Made by a program: the position numbers and the translations under genes. Positions 1 to 9,839 of a DNA stretch of 64,000 nt are shown here, piece after piece. Source of the stretch: an uncultured Verrucomicrobiae bacterium. Its GTDB lineage: Bacteria > Verrucomicrobiota > Verrucomicrobiia > Chthoniobacterales > Chthoniobacteraceae. The DNA lies in NCBI GenBank assembly GCA_963769025.1, contig CAVYKI010000012.1:416001-480000 (forward strand). Reading direction: 5' to 3'. The number at the start of each line of letters is the position of its first letter. Within the stretch, counting starts at the first letter, position 1. Below the pieces are notes generated by a model. That model was not told where the DNA came from. It made no database searches and saw only the letters and a list, made by a program, of their open reading frames with translations.

Positions 1-2
1 CC

Positions 3-806
3 GCGGGCATCGGGCGGTTCGTCGTGAACACCCACTGGCGCGCGGAGCGGTATGCGGAATTTTTTCCCGATGGAAAATGGCGCGGCAGGCCGGTCACGTT
101 CGTCCACGAGTCGCCCGAGGTGCTCGAGACCGCCGGCGGGATCTGGAACGCCCGCACGCAGCTCAGCGAAGGCCCGTTCATCGTGTATAATGGTGACATC
201 CTCAGCGACCTCCCGCTCGCACCGGCGCTCGATGCACACCGCGCCGCGGGCAACGAAGTCACGCTCATCCTCCGTTCGCACGGCGGCAACACGAACGTCG
301 CCTTCGACGCCGCGAGCGGCCGCATCCTCGATCTGCGCCGCGCACTGCGTCCGGAAATCGAGCCGCGGCACCTTTTCACCGGCATCTACATCGTCGAGCC
401 GGGATTCATCGCGCGCATCCCTGCAGAGCAGAAACTGTCGGTCGTCCCCGTCTTTCACGACATGATCCGCGCCGGCGCAAGGCTGGGCGGCATCGTGCTC
501 GACGAGGGCGCGTGGTGGGACCTCGGCTCGCGCTCCGAATACCTCGCCGTCCATGCCGCGCTCGCAGGAAGGGGCGCGCCGTGGATTTCCCCGACGGCGT
601 CAGTTTCTCCGGACGCTTCGATCACCGGTGCAACCGCCATTGCCGCGGGCGCGAGCATCGGCGCGGGCGCGGTGCTGCGCGACTGCATCATCTGGGAAAA
701 TGCCAACATCGCGCCCGGCGCTCACCTCACGCGCTGCATCGTCGCGGATGGCATGCACGCCGATGGCGAGCACACGGATGTCGATTTCGCACCGGGCGAG
801 CCGTGA
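3..806 (+). CDS. Sugar-phosphate nucleotidyltransferase (MurU/NTP transferase-like) with C-terminal hexapeptide repeats; 5' end lies before the window
   Basis: Motifs VVNTH, LETAGGI, VYNGDILSD, FTGIY, WWDLG, plus a left-handed beta-helix-like tail. The frame is open from the window start. Confidence 0.8.
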   Translation, partial: AGIGRFVVNTHWRAERYAEFFPDGKWRGRPVTFVHESPEVLETAGGIWNARTQLSEGPFIVYNGDILSDLPLAPALDAHRAAGNEVTLILRSHGGNTNVAFDAASGRILDLRRALRPEIEPRHLFTGIYIVEPGFIARIPAEQKLSVVPVFHDMIRAGARLGGIVLDEGAWWDLGSRSEYLAVHAALAGRGAPWISPTASVSPDASITGATAIAAGASIGAGAVLRDCIIWENANIAPGAHLTRCIVADGMHADGEHTDVDFAPGEP

Positions 807-812
807 CTGCGC

Positions 813-1220
813 TCAGGATTGCAACGGCCGGAGTTTCTGCTCACGGCCGCAGAGGTCCATGATGGTCGGGACGAGCAGCTTGAAATCGAACGGCTTCCTG
901 AGGACAACATCGGTCCCGACAGACTTGAATTCCTGCTCTTCATTCACCGAAACGCTGCCGGAATACATGATGACCTTGCCCTGGAATCCCGCCTTTCGCG
1001 CCTGATCGATCAATTCCTTTCCGGTGAGACGCGGCATGCTGTTGTCCGACACCAGCACGTCGAAACATTCGGGATCCGCCGTGATCCGGTTGAGCGCCTG
1101 ATGGCTGTCCGTGAGCGCAGAAACCGCGTAGCCGGCATCCAAAAGGAACAACGACACGCACTCGGCAACAGCATCATCGTCGTCCACGACCAGTATCCTC
1201 GGGTTCTCCTGCGGTTTCAT
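813..1220 (-). CDS. Single-domain response regulator receiver (CheY-like)
   Basis: RILVVDDDD, phospho-acceptor Asp in SDNSMP, YSG and RKPF motifs. ATG at 1220 follows an AGGAAGG-like RBS. Confidence 0.85.
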   Translation of the reverse strand: MKPQENPRILVVDDDDAVAECVSLFLLDAGYAVSALTDSHQALNRITADPECFDVLVSDNSMPRLTGKELIDQARKAGFQGKVIMYSGSVSVNEEQEFKSVGTDVVLRKPFDFKLLVPTIMDLCGREQKLRPLQS

Positions 1221-1317
1221 CCTTCCTATTTCTACACCGAAAGACATATCCAGCAAAGGCAAATTTAAAATCCACACACCCGGAAAAACCGCCGCACGCA
1301 GCTCAAGTCCGCCCTAA

Positions 1318-2268
1318 ATGCCCTTTTCAGTCGAACCCATCGAAAAAGGCGGCTCCGGCCGCAAGTTCTGGCGCGTCCGGACGGGCAGCGGTGCGTGCAT
1401 CCTCATCCACTACAAGCTCGATCGCGCCGACAACGCCGGCTACGCCGACATCGCGCGCTTTCTCACGGGCATCGGCGTCCGCGTGCCCGCCGTGTTCCTG
1501 CACGACCCGGTCGAAGGTGTCATGGTCATGGAAGACGTCGGCACCGACGACCTTTTCGCCTTTCGCGACGCCCCGGAGCCCGAACGCCGCCGCCTCTACA
1601 AGCTCACGCTCGAGCAAATCGCGCTCCTGCACACGAAGGCGCACCTCGCCAACGGCTGCCCGCCGCTCCAGCCGCCCTTCGACGCCTCGCTCTACGAATG
1701 GGAGCAGGATTACTTCATCGAGCACTGCCTGGGCAGGCATTTCAAAATGCGCGCCAGCGACATCTCCGCGCATGTGGACCGCACGCGCCTCCGAGAAATC
1801 GCCGCCCAGCTCGCCGCCGAGCCGCGCTGCCTCGTGCACCGCGATTTTCAGAGCCAGAACGTCATGATCCGCGACGGCCAGCCCGCCTTCATCGATTTCC
1901 AAGGCCTCCGCCCCGGCCTCGCGCAATACGACCTCGCCTCCCTCCTGCTCGACCCCTACGCGCACCTCCCCGCCTCCGAGCGCGACGCCCTCTTCGCCCA
2001 CTACCTCTCAGTCGCCCGCCCGGAAAACCCCGCCCACTTCCGCGCCCTCTACGACCTCTGCGCCATGCAACGCCTCATGCAAGCCCTCGGCGCCTACGGC
2101 AAACTCGGCCACGCCGACGGCCGCACCCATTTCCTCGATCACATCCCCACCGCCCTCGCCTCCCTCCGCGACGTGCTCGCGAAAATCCCGGGGCTTGAGA
2201 GGCTGGCTTCGCTGCTCGCCGACTTGCGGTCCCCTCGAGAAATGGCGGAGCGCGAAAATCATCCGTAA
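1318..2268 (+). CDS. APH-family phosphotransferase, AmgK-like anomeric sugar kinase
   Basis: GGSGRKFWR, MEDVG, HRDFQSQN, FIDFQG, YDLASLL, QRLMQALGAYG motifs; next to a MurU-like gene. Confidence 0.8.
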   Translation: MPFSVEPIEKGGSGRKFWRVRTGSGACILIHYKLDRADNAGYADIARFLTGIGVRVPAVFLHDPVEGVMVMEDVGTDDLFAFRDAPEPERRRLYKLTLEQIALLHTKAHLANGCPPLQPPFDASLYEWEQDYFIEHCLGRHFKMRASDISAHVDRTRLREIAAQLAAEPRCLVHRDFQSQNVMIRDGQPAFIDFQGLRPGLAQYDLASLLLDPYAHLPASERDALFAHYLSVARPENPAHFRALYDLCAMQRLMQALGAYGKLGHADGRTHFLDHIPTALASLRDVLAKIPGLERLASLLADLRSPREMAERENHP

Positions 2269-3041
2269 TGTCGCTCGCAGAATTGCTCGGGCTCACCGCG
2301 GCGGCGGCAGCCGCGGGGGCCATCAATGCCGTCGCGGGCGGCGGGACGCTGCTCACTTTTCCGGTGCTGATTTTCTACGGCACCGGCGCGGTCATCGCGA
2401 ACGCCACGAGCACGGTCGCGCTCGTCGTCGGCACGGCGGGGAGCATCTTCGGATTCCGCCGGCAGATCGGCGCGGTGCGGGCCTGGCTCGTGCGCTTTGT
2501 GCCCGTGAGCGTGCTCGGCGGGTGGCTCGGCAGCATGCTGCTCACACGCACGGACGAGAAAATCTTCGCGCAGCTCGTGCCGTTCCTCATCCTTTTCGCA
2601 ACGATCCTTTTTCTCGCGCAGGGCGCGTTCCGGCGGTTTGCGGGATTCGGAGAAAAGGGAGCCGCGGAGCCGCATCACCACGCGGTATGGGTCGCCGTGG
2701 TTTTCCAATTCGCGGTGTCCGTGTACGGCGGGTATTTCGGCGCGGGCATCGGCATCCTCATGCTCGCGTCGCTCGGCTTTCTCGGTCTCCGCGACATCCA
2801 CGAGATGAATGCCCTCAAGAACATCCTGAGCTGCCTCATCAATGTCGTCGCCGCGCTGTGGTTCATCCGGTCCGGAATCGTGGACTGGCCGAAGGCCGGC
2901 GTGATGAGCGTCGGCGCGCTGGGCGGCTACTACCTCGGCGCGCACTTTTCCCAGCGCCTCCCGCAGCTCGCGGTGCGCAGGCTCGTGACGGTGATCGGGC
3001 TCACGATCTCCGCCATCATGTTCTACCGGCAATTCCGGTGA
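2268..3041 (+). CDS. Sulfite exporter TauE/SafE family membrane protein
   Basis: AGAINAVAGGGTLLTFP and YGGYFGAGIGI motifs, multiple TM segments. Confidence 0.9.
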   Translation: MSLAELLGLTAAAAAAGAINAVAGGGTLLTFPVLIFYGTGAVIANATSTVALVVGTAGSIFGFRRQIGAVRAWLVRFVPVSVLGGWLGSMLLTRTDEKIFAQLVPFLILFATILFLAQGAFRRFAGFGEKGAAEPHHHAVWVAVVFQFAVSVYGGYFGAGIGILMLASLGFLGLRDIHEMNALKNILSCLINVVAALWFIRSGIVDWPKAGVMSVGALGGYYLGAHFSQRLPQLAVRRLVTVIGLTISAIMFYRQFR

Positions 3042-3069
3042 CAAAACCGGGCGGCACCGATGCAATGCG

Positions 3070-3204
3070 ATCCGCAGATTTCGCAGATTTGCGCAGATTA
3101 TTGGAGAGGGAAGCGCACTCCGATCCGGGTGAATGGAAAATGTTCCCAAGAGTGAACCCGTGCCATTCTCCAAGCCCATGCTCCCCTCTGCGAAAATCTG
3201 CGGA
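3070..3204. repeat. Palindromic intergenic element built from CGCAGATT units
   Basis: ATCCGCAGATTTCGCAGATTTGCGCAGATT (3070-3099) with inverted CTCTGCGAAAATCTGCGGA (3186-3204), between convergent genes. Related copy at 51666-51742. Confidence 0.7.
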
Positions 3205-3223
3205 CCCCTCCGGTCCGTTCCGC

Positions 3224-4285
3224 CTACTGGCCGAGGTTGATTCCGCTTCCGTCGCCTGACGAGCCGAGGATCGTCGGCGGCTGGCGCTCGATGGTGGGCA
3301 TCGTGCCATCCGGCGGATCGAGCGGGGTGATGGTGAACTTCATCTCCTTGCCGCCGCGCGAGACGCGCATGGCGATCGGTTCGGTGGAGGTCACGAAGAA
3401 CGCCGCGTTGAGCACGTCCTCGGGGTTGGTGATCTTGTTTGCGCCGACCTGCAGCAGGATGTCGCCCGCGCGGACGCCGCCGGCGAATGCGGGGCCGTCT
3501 TCGCGCAACGTGAGGATGCGCGCGGAACTGCCGTGCTCAGGCGCATTCGTCGGGCGTACATCCACGCCGACCCAGCCCTGCCGGACACGGCGATGGGTTC
3601 GGAAGTCGTGCAACACCTTCTCCGCCGCCTCGGACGGAAGGGCGAAAATGCCGCTGCCTTCCTCGACCATGCTGATGAGGACGCCGACGACTTCGCCGCG
3701 AAGATTCATCACGGGCGAGCCGCCCTGGCCGCGTTGCACGGTGATGTTCGCGCGGATGTGCCGCGTTGCAAAAAAGCGGCCATCGCATCCCAGTTCGATG
3801 CCGGCGACAAAGCCCAGGCTGGGCGAAAGCGGAAGGTCGAGCGGGTAGCCGAGCGTGACGATGGGCGACGCAACGGCGAGGTCCGCGGACTTCCCGAATT
3901 TCAAAAACCGCACGGGGCGCTCGGCGACGATTTTCAACACGGCGATGCCGGCCCTGGCGTCTGCGACCAGGCGCGTGGCCGGATAGCGCTGCTCGCCGAC
4001 GGCGACGACGATATCCTGCGATGCGCCGCCGATGCTGTAGCTCGTGAGAAGCGTGCCGTCCGCATCGATGAAAAATCCCGTTCCGCGGAGATGCCCATGC
4101 TCGTCGTCCGCCTCGATGCGACAGATCGCGTCGCCGGTCTTGCGCATGACCTCGCGCATTTCGCTCGCGAGCGCCTCCGCCGGGGATGGCGACGGCTTTG
4201 CCACAGCCGGCTCGGCCCCGCGGATTTGCGGGACGACGCCGAGCACGACGGCGGCGAGGCTAGAAGCGAATCTGAGTCGCCTCAT
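3224..4285 (-). CDS. HtrA/DegP-like trypsin fold plus PDZ protein, catalytic triad apparently absent
   Basis: Signal peptide, GTGFFIDADG, GYPLDL, NLRGEVVGV, GWVGV and a PDZ segment (GPAFAGGVRAGDILL). Triad positions read TSYSI / GIAVLK / GQGGSP. Confidence 0.85.
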   Translation of the reverse strand: MRRLRFASSLAAVVLGVVPQIRGAEPAVAKPSPSPAEALASEMREVMRKTGDAICRIEADDEHGHLRGTGFFIDADGTLLTSYSIGGASQDIVVAVGEQRYPATRLVADARAGIAVLKIVAERPVRFLKFGKSADLAVASPIVTLGYPLDLPLSPSLGFVAGIELGCDGRFFATRHIRANITVQRGQGGSPVMNLRGEVVGVLISMVEEGSGIFALPSEAAEKVLHDFRTHRRVRQGWVGVDVRPTNAPEHGSSARILTLREDGPAFAGGVRAGDILLQVGANKITNPEDVLNAAFFVTSTEPIAMRVSRGGKEMKFTITPLDPPDGTMPTIERQPPTILGSSGDGSGINLGQ

Positions 4286-4739
4286 AACTGACGGGCTGCG
4301 TGTCGATGATGAACCGGACGGGGGCATCCGGGTCGCGTGGGGCGCGATGCTCTTCCTGCGTCGCGATGGAAGGCGCGCTGGCCGGCTGGAGGGTGAGCAC
4401 GGGGCCGGCGGCTGCGGCGAGCGGGGAACCGGCGTACGCCACTGCGGAGTGCACCGGGCCGGGCGCACGCTCTGGGATGGCGACGCGGATGGCGAGAATG
4501 CCGGCGACGAGCAGTGCGGCCATCGCGGTCGCATGCCTCAGGTCCAGATGCAACGGCGCGAAGAACGCGCGGATGCGCTCCAAGGCGATGTGCCACGCGG
4601 GACGGCGGAGCAGTTCCTCGCGCTGGCGGCGCTGGACACGATCCAGCAATCCGCTGAAGTATCCTGGTGGCGGCTGCTCGAATCGCTTGATGCGAAGAAG
4701 CGCCTGAAGTTGGGATTCGCTGAGCGGTTGGTCTGACAT
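4260..4739 (-). CDS. Putative anti-sigma factor (single-pass membrane protein)
   Basis: Directly downstream of the ECF sigma gene. Basic cytoplasmic N-terminus, one TM (ATAMAALLVAGILAI), Pro/Ala linker, C-terminus VSYEATQIRF. Confidence 0.6.
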   Translation of the reverse strand: MSDQPLSESQLQALLRIKRFEQPPPGYFSGLLDRVQRRQREELLRRPAWHIALERIRAFFAPLHLDLRHATAMAALLVAGILAIRVAIPERAPGPVHSAVAYAGSPLAAAAGPVLTLQPASAPSIATQEEHRAPRDPDAPVRFIIDTQPVSYEATQIRF

Positions 4740-4741
4740 GG

Positions 4742-5353
4742 CTAGTGGGATGTGGAGTGACTGGCGGGCGCGAACTCGGAGAGCCACGCCTGAAGTTGCT
4801 TGTGTGCGTAGAAAAGCCGCGAACGGACGGTTCCTTCGCTGGTGTTCAAAATTTTCGCGATCTCCGCGTGCGGCATCCCCTGGATGTCGAACATCGTCAC
4901 CACCGCGCGGTGCTCGGGCGTGAGCTGCATGATGGCCTGGTTGATTTTCTGCTGCATCTCGCCGAGGTCGGCCTCCCGCACCGGCGTGCTCGCCGTCTGG
5001 AGTTCGACGAATTCCTTGTCCTGCAAAATCCCGCTGTCCACGTCATCGAGGCTCATCGTCCACCGGCGGCCGCGCCGCTTGAGGAAGTTGATCGTCATGT
5101 TCGCCGCGATGGAATGCATCCAAGTGGAAAACTGCGACTGACCGCGGAAACCGCCGATGCTGCGGTAGGCCTTCGCCCAGATATCCTGCAGAAGGTCGTC
5201 CGTGTCGTCGTGGTTCGACGTCATCGTGTACACGAGCGCGTAAAGCCGGGGGCTGTGCTTCACGAGCAGGGCATCAAACGCCGTCGAGTCGCCCGTCTGT
5301 GCACGGGCGACAAGTTCCTCGTCTTCGCGGCGGCTCTTGTCCTGCTCATCCAT
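4742..5353 (-). CDS. ECF RNA polymerase sigma-70 factor (RpoE-like)
   Basis: DEELVARAQTGDSTAF, FRGQSQFSTWM, region 4 EIAKILNTSEGTVRSRLF. An alternative upstream start at 5452 is possible. Confidence 0.92.
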   Translation of the reverse strand: MDEQDKSRREDEELVARAQTGDSTAFDALLVKHSPRLYALVYTMTSNHDDTDDLLQDIWAKAYRSIGGFRGQSQFSTWMHSIAANMTINFLKRRGRRWTMSLDDVDSGILQDKEFVELQTASTPVREADLGEMQQKINQAIMQLTPEHRAVVTMFDIQGMPHAEIAKILNTSEGTVRSRLFYAHKQLQAWLSEFAPASHSTSH

Positions 5354-5746
5354 TTCGCGCGTCCTTCTACCGGCCAGCGCCGCAGCGGGGAAGGCTGATT
5401 CGGCTGGAAGATGCGAGGACACCAAGGTGAGCAGTGGGAGTGAAGCGGTCATTTAGTCGCGGCCGCGTCCCGACTGGGGGACGGGCCAAAACCGGAGGCG
5501 TGGAGAAAACGCACGTTCAGAACGAAGGCGGCGATGGGAAAAAGGCGTCATAATCTCCCCGAAGGAAGCTCTGTGTGGTTCTCTCTGACACCCCTCCGCC
5601 ACGAATGTTCAAACAAAATGCCGCCACGGACGGCGTGAAGCCGCACGCACTGCGTAATTTGCGCAGCCCGCGACGCCGAAGATGTTTTGCCGCGCCCTTC
5701 AATCGCACTAGCCAACGCACCCCATCGCCTCCACCTTCCCCGTCCA

Positions 5747-7111
5747 ATGTCCCGCACTGTCGCAATCGTAGGCCGCCCGAATGTCGGCAAGTCCGCTCTT
5801 TTCAACCGCCTCGCCGGCAAAAAAATCGCGATCGTGCATGACCAACCCGGCGTCACGCGCGACCGCATCTCCGCGAAGTGCAAGCTGGGCCGCGCCCCGT
5901 TCACCATCTTCGACACTGGCGGCATCGGGGCGGATGTGGACATGTCCTTTACCGAGCAAGTCCGCACCGAGGCGGAAATCGCCATCGAGACGAGCGACGT
6001 GATCCTCTTCGTCGTGGACGGCCATGAAGGCCTCACGGGGGTGGACGACGATCTCGCCCGCAGGCTGCGGCGCGCGCGCAAGCCGATCATTTTGGTCGTG
6101 AACAAAATCGATCACGCGAAGCACGGGCCGAACGCGAACGAGTTCACCAAGCTCGGCTTCGATCGACTGCTCACCATCAGCGCCGAGCACGACCTCGGCA
6201 CGAAGCGGCTCGTCGAGGAAATCGAGAGCCTGCTCCCGCCGCCGGAGGAGGAAACCGAGTCCGGCGAAAAGAAGGAGCTGCCGCTGCGCATCGCGATCGT
6301 CGGCAGGCCGAATGTCGGCAAGTCCTCGCTCACCAACGCCATTCTCGGCGACGAGCGCACGCTCGTCTCGCCCATCAGCGGCACCACGCGCGACGCGGTC
6401 GACATCCTCTACGCGCTGGGCAAGCACGACTACATGCTCATCGACACCGCCGGCATCCGCCCGCGCGGGAAGCGCGACAACTCGGTGGAGATTTTCAGCG
6501 TCATGCGCAGCGAATCGAGCATCGGCCGCGCGGACCTCTGCTGCCTCGTCATCGACGCCACGGAAGGCGTGACCGCGCAGGACAAAAAAATCGCCGGCCT
6601 CATCCAGGAGGCGAAAAAACCGTGTGTCGTCGCGGTGAACAAGTGGGACCTCATCAAGGAAAAGACCGACGACAAGGAGAAGCTCAAGGCCGTGCTCGCG
6701 GGCATCGAGGCCGAGCTTTTCTTCATCAGCTACGCGCCGCTCGTGCTGCTCAGCGCGAAGACCGGCGAGGCGCTGGATCGGCTTTTCAAAATGATCGAGA
6801 AAGTGCGCACCGGTGCGAAACAGCGCATCACGACCGGGAAGCTGAACCGCATCATCGCCGAGGCCATGACCGCGCATCCGCCCGCAGCGCGCAGCGGCAA
6901 GCGGCTCAAGATCCTCTACGGCACGCAGCCCGAGCCCAAGCGCTTCTGCTCCATCTCCATCCCGGAGGTCGTCTTCTTCGCGAACGACGGAAGCCTGATC
7001 GACGACACCTACCACCGGTATCTCGAAAACCAGGTCCGCCAACTCGTGCCCTACGTCGGCCTGCCGATGAAGTTCCATTTCCGCAGCCGGGAAAAACGCG
7101 CGGGCAAATGA
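5747..7111 (+). CDS. der: Ribosome biogenesis GTPase Der (EngA)
   Basis: Two tandem GTPase domains (GRPNVGKS twice, DTGG/DTAG, NKID/NKWD) plus a KH-like tail. Confidence 0.97.
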   Translation: MSRTVAIVGRPNVGKSALFNRLAGKKIAIVHDQPGVTRDRISAKCKLGRAPFTIFDTGGIGADVDMSFTEQVRTEAEIAIETSDVILFVVDGHEGLTGVDDDLARRLRRARKPIILVVNKIDHAKHGPNANEFTKLGFDRLLTISAEHDLGTKRLVEEIESLLPPPEEETESGEKKELPLRIAIVGRPNVGKSSLTNAILGDERTLVSPISGTTRDAVDILYALGKHDYMLIDTAGIRPRGKRDNSVEIFSVMRSESSIGRADLCCLVIDATEGVTAQDKKIAGLIQEAKKPCVVAVNKWDLIKEKTDDKEKLKAVLAGIEAELFFISYAPLVLLSAKTGEALDRLFKMIEKVRTGAKQRITTGKLNRIIAEAMTAHPPAARSGKRLKILYGTQPEPKRFCSISIPEVVFFANDGSLIDDTYHRYLENQVRQLVPYVGLPMKFHFRSREKRAGK

Positions 7112-9643
7112 CCGACGCGCTCCTGAAGCTCTGCGGCCTCAGGGTGGAAAATGCGGCGCACGTGAGCGGCGCGGAGTTTGTCCTCCGCAACAAGCAGTGG
7201 CTCGGCTGGATCATCGGCATCGGCCTCGTGCTCGCGGTGCTCACGTGGGCTTCGTATCGGCGCGATGCGGCGGAGATGCTCAGCAAGGGAAAACGCCGCG
7301 TGCTCACGACGCTGCGCATCGTTCTCCTCGCGCTGCTCGGGCTCGTGCTGTTGCGGCCCGTCGTCGCATTCACCGTCGAGTCGGCGATCCGGCGCACACT
7401 GCTCACGCTCGTGGATACGAGCGGCAGCATGAAAATCCAGGACCCGCGCGTGGACTCTGCTGACCTCAAGCGCGCCGCCATCGCGAAGGGCATCCTCGAT
7501 CCGGGCAAGGGCCTCGACCAGCCACTCGACGCCACGCTCGCCGCAAATGTGAAGCTCGTCCCGCGCGTGGAAATCATGCGCGGCATGCTCGGCAACGAAC
7601 ATCTCCAGCTCTGGCCGCAGCTCGCGAAGGAACTCGATCTCGCCGCGTTCAGCTTCGGCGCGAACGCTCGGTGATGCCGGCGAGATCGGCGATTCCGCCG
7701 AATGGCTCGCGCACCTCGATCCCGTCGCCACGTCCACCGCCATCGGCGACGCCGTGCGCGACCTCATCCAGCGCAAGCGCGGCCAGCCGCTCGCGGGCAT
7801 CTTCCTCGTCACCGACGGCGCGAACAACCACGGCTCAGCGCCGCTCGACGCCGCGCGCCTCGCGAAGCAGGAGGGCATCCCGCTTTACATCTACGGCGTC
7901 GGCATCACGTCGCCGCGCGACATCATTGTCGGCAGCCTGCTCACGCAGGAGGTCGCGTTTGTAAAAGACGAATTGCCCGTGACCGTCCGCGTGCGCGGCC
8001 AGGGACTGAAAGGCGAGAGCGCGAAGCTCGTGGTGCGTCTCGTCCCCGTGAACTCGACCGGCGAAGGCGAGGTCGTCGCGACAAAGGAGATCACATTTGG
8101 TAGGACGCTTTCGCCGAAAGCGCCCACGCTTGAAAACGACACCTCCGGGAAAGACGGAGCGGCAAAACATGGGGCGGGTTCGGCGACCCCGCCCTACCTT
8201 GGCGACGATGAGGATCTCGTGGTCGCCGTGCCGTTCACGCCAAAGGCGACCGGCGACTTCGAGCTGCGCGCCAGCATCGCGCCGCGCGCCGACGAGGCGT
8301 CGAAGGACAACAACGCCGTCGCGCAACGGCTGCGCGTGATCGATTCCAAGGTGAAAATCCTCTACGTCGAGACCACGCCGCGCTGGGAATTCCGCTACCT
8401 GCAAAGCGTGCTCCTGCGCGACCGGCGCGTGGATTTGAAATGCGTGCTGCTCGAAGGCGACGAGAGCATCGCCGCGGGTGACGCGTCGCCATTCCTCGCG
8501 AAGGTGCCCGCGAAAAAGGACGACCTGTTCAAGTTCGACCTCATCATCATCGGCGACGTCGAGCCGCGGAATTTCACGCCCGAGCAGTTCGCCGCGTTCG
8601 AGGAATTCGTGCAGAAATTCGGCGGCTCGATGCTCTTCATCGCCGGCCCGCGCGCGAACCCCGCCGCGTATCGCACCACCACGCTGGAAAAGCTTTTGCC
8701 CGTCGAACTCGACCCCGCCGCCGCCACGCAGCAGCCCGCGCCTTCGCAGGGCGTCACCGTCGAACTCACCCCGCAAGGCCGCGCCAACCCGATGCTCAAG
8801 CTCGCCGCCACCGACGACGAGAGCGCCGCGATTTGGAAACGCTTCGGCAAACTCTACTCGGTCGCGCGCGTCCTCCGCGCCAAACCCGCCGCGCAAGTCC
8901 TCCTCGTGGACGCCGACCAATCCCGCGCGAATCGCCACGGCAAGCAGGTCCTCGCCGCCTTTCACCAATACGGCCTCGGCCAGGTGCTCTACATGGGCAC
9001 CGACAACACGTGGCGCTGGCGGCGCAACGCAGGCGATCAATTTTACCCGCTGCTCTGGGGTCAGATTGCGCAGAAACTCGGCCTGCACCACCTCCTCGGC
9101 GGCTCGAAGCGCACGCAGCTCACCGTGAATCGGCAGAACTACACCACCGGCGAGCGCGTCACCGTCTATGCACGCCTCTACGCGTCCGATTTTTCCCCCG
9201 TGAAAGAGCAGATCGTCGCCGCGGGCTACACCATTCGTGTGGCAGGCGCACCCGGCCCCGTGCGCGAAGTCCCGCTCCGCGCCGTGCCCGAACAGGCCGG
9301 CATGTATCGCGGCGATTTCGTCGCGCTCGAGCCGGGCGCGCACCAGTTCAGCGTGAAAAACGATCCCGCCACCGTGCTGGAGTTCAACGTCGCCGAGCCG
9401 AAATTCGAAACCGGCGAAACCGCGATGAACGAAGTCCTGCTCAGGCAAATGGCCGAAGCCAGCGGCGGCGCCTACTTCCGCGAAGAAACGCTCGCGCAAT
9501 TCCCCAAAGCCATCTCCGCCAAAGCCGAGCGAATCCAAGGCACCCTCGACGGCGAACTCTGGTCCTCCCCCCTCGCCTTCATCCTGCTGCTCACCGTCGC
9601 GACGATCGAGTGGGCGCTGCGGAAAAAGTGGCAGCTCAAGTGA
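7108..9643 (+). CDS. Membrane-anchored VWA / glutamine-amidotransferase-like domain protein (PVC type); frameshift near 7670
   Basis: N-terminal TMs, MIDAS-like DTSGSM, TDGANN, PRWEFRYL, TWRWR, C-terminal EWALRKK. The protein continues across two frames. Confidence 0.8.
8099..8200. repeat. GTAG-type REP doublet inserted in-frame in a CDS
   Basis: Left arm GGTAGGACGCTTTCGCCGAAAGCGCCC; right arm reverse-complemented GGTAGGGCGGGGTCGCCGAACCCGCCC. 100 bp plus duplicated TT = 102 bp. Confidence 0.85.
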
Positions 9644-9684
9644 GGCGCACGACTCGCGACGCGCTTGGTAATGGCTCCATTTGC

Positions 9685-9775
9685 ACCGCCAAGGCACCAA
9701 GACGCCGAGGTCGGAAAGTGGCAAGACAAGCCGCCCCGAGGTCCTGCGGCTTCCTTCCCTTGGCGCCTTGGCGGT
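9685..9775. repeat. Palindromic intergenic element, ACCGCCAAG family
   Basis: ACCGCCAAGGCACCAAG ... CTTGGCGCCTTGGCGGT inverted arms. Confidence 0.75.
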
Positions 9776-9839
9776 CTCTTCAAGCTGAGCCACTACCAAG
9801 TGCTTGCGTGCTTCGCGCGGAGCGCGTCGTATGCGGGGC

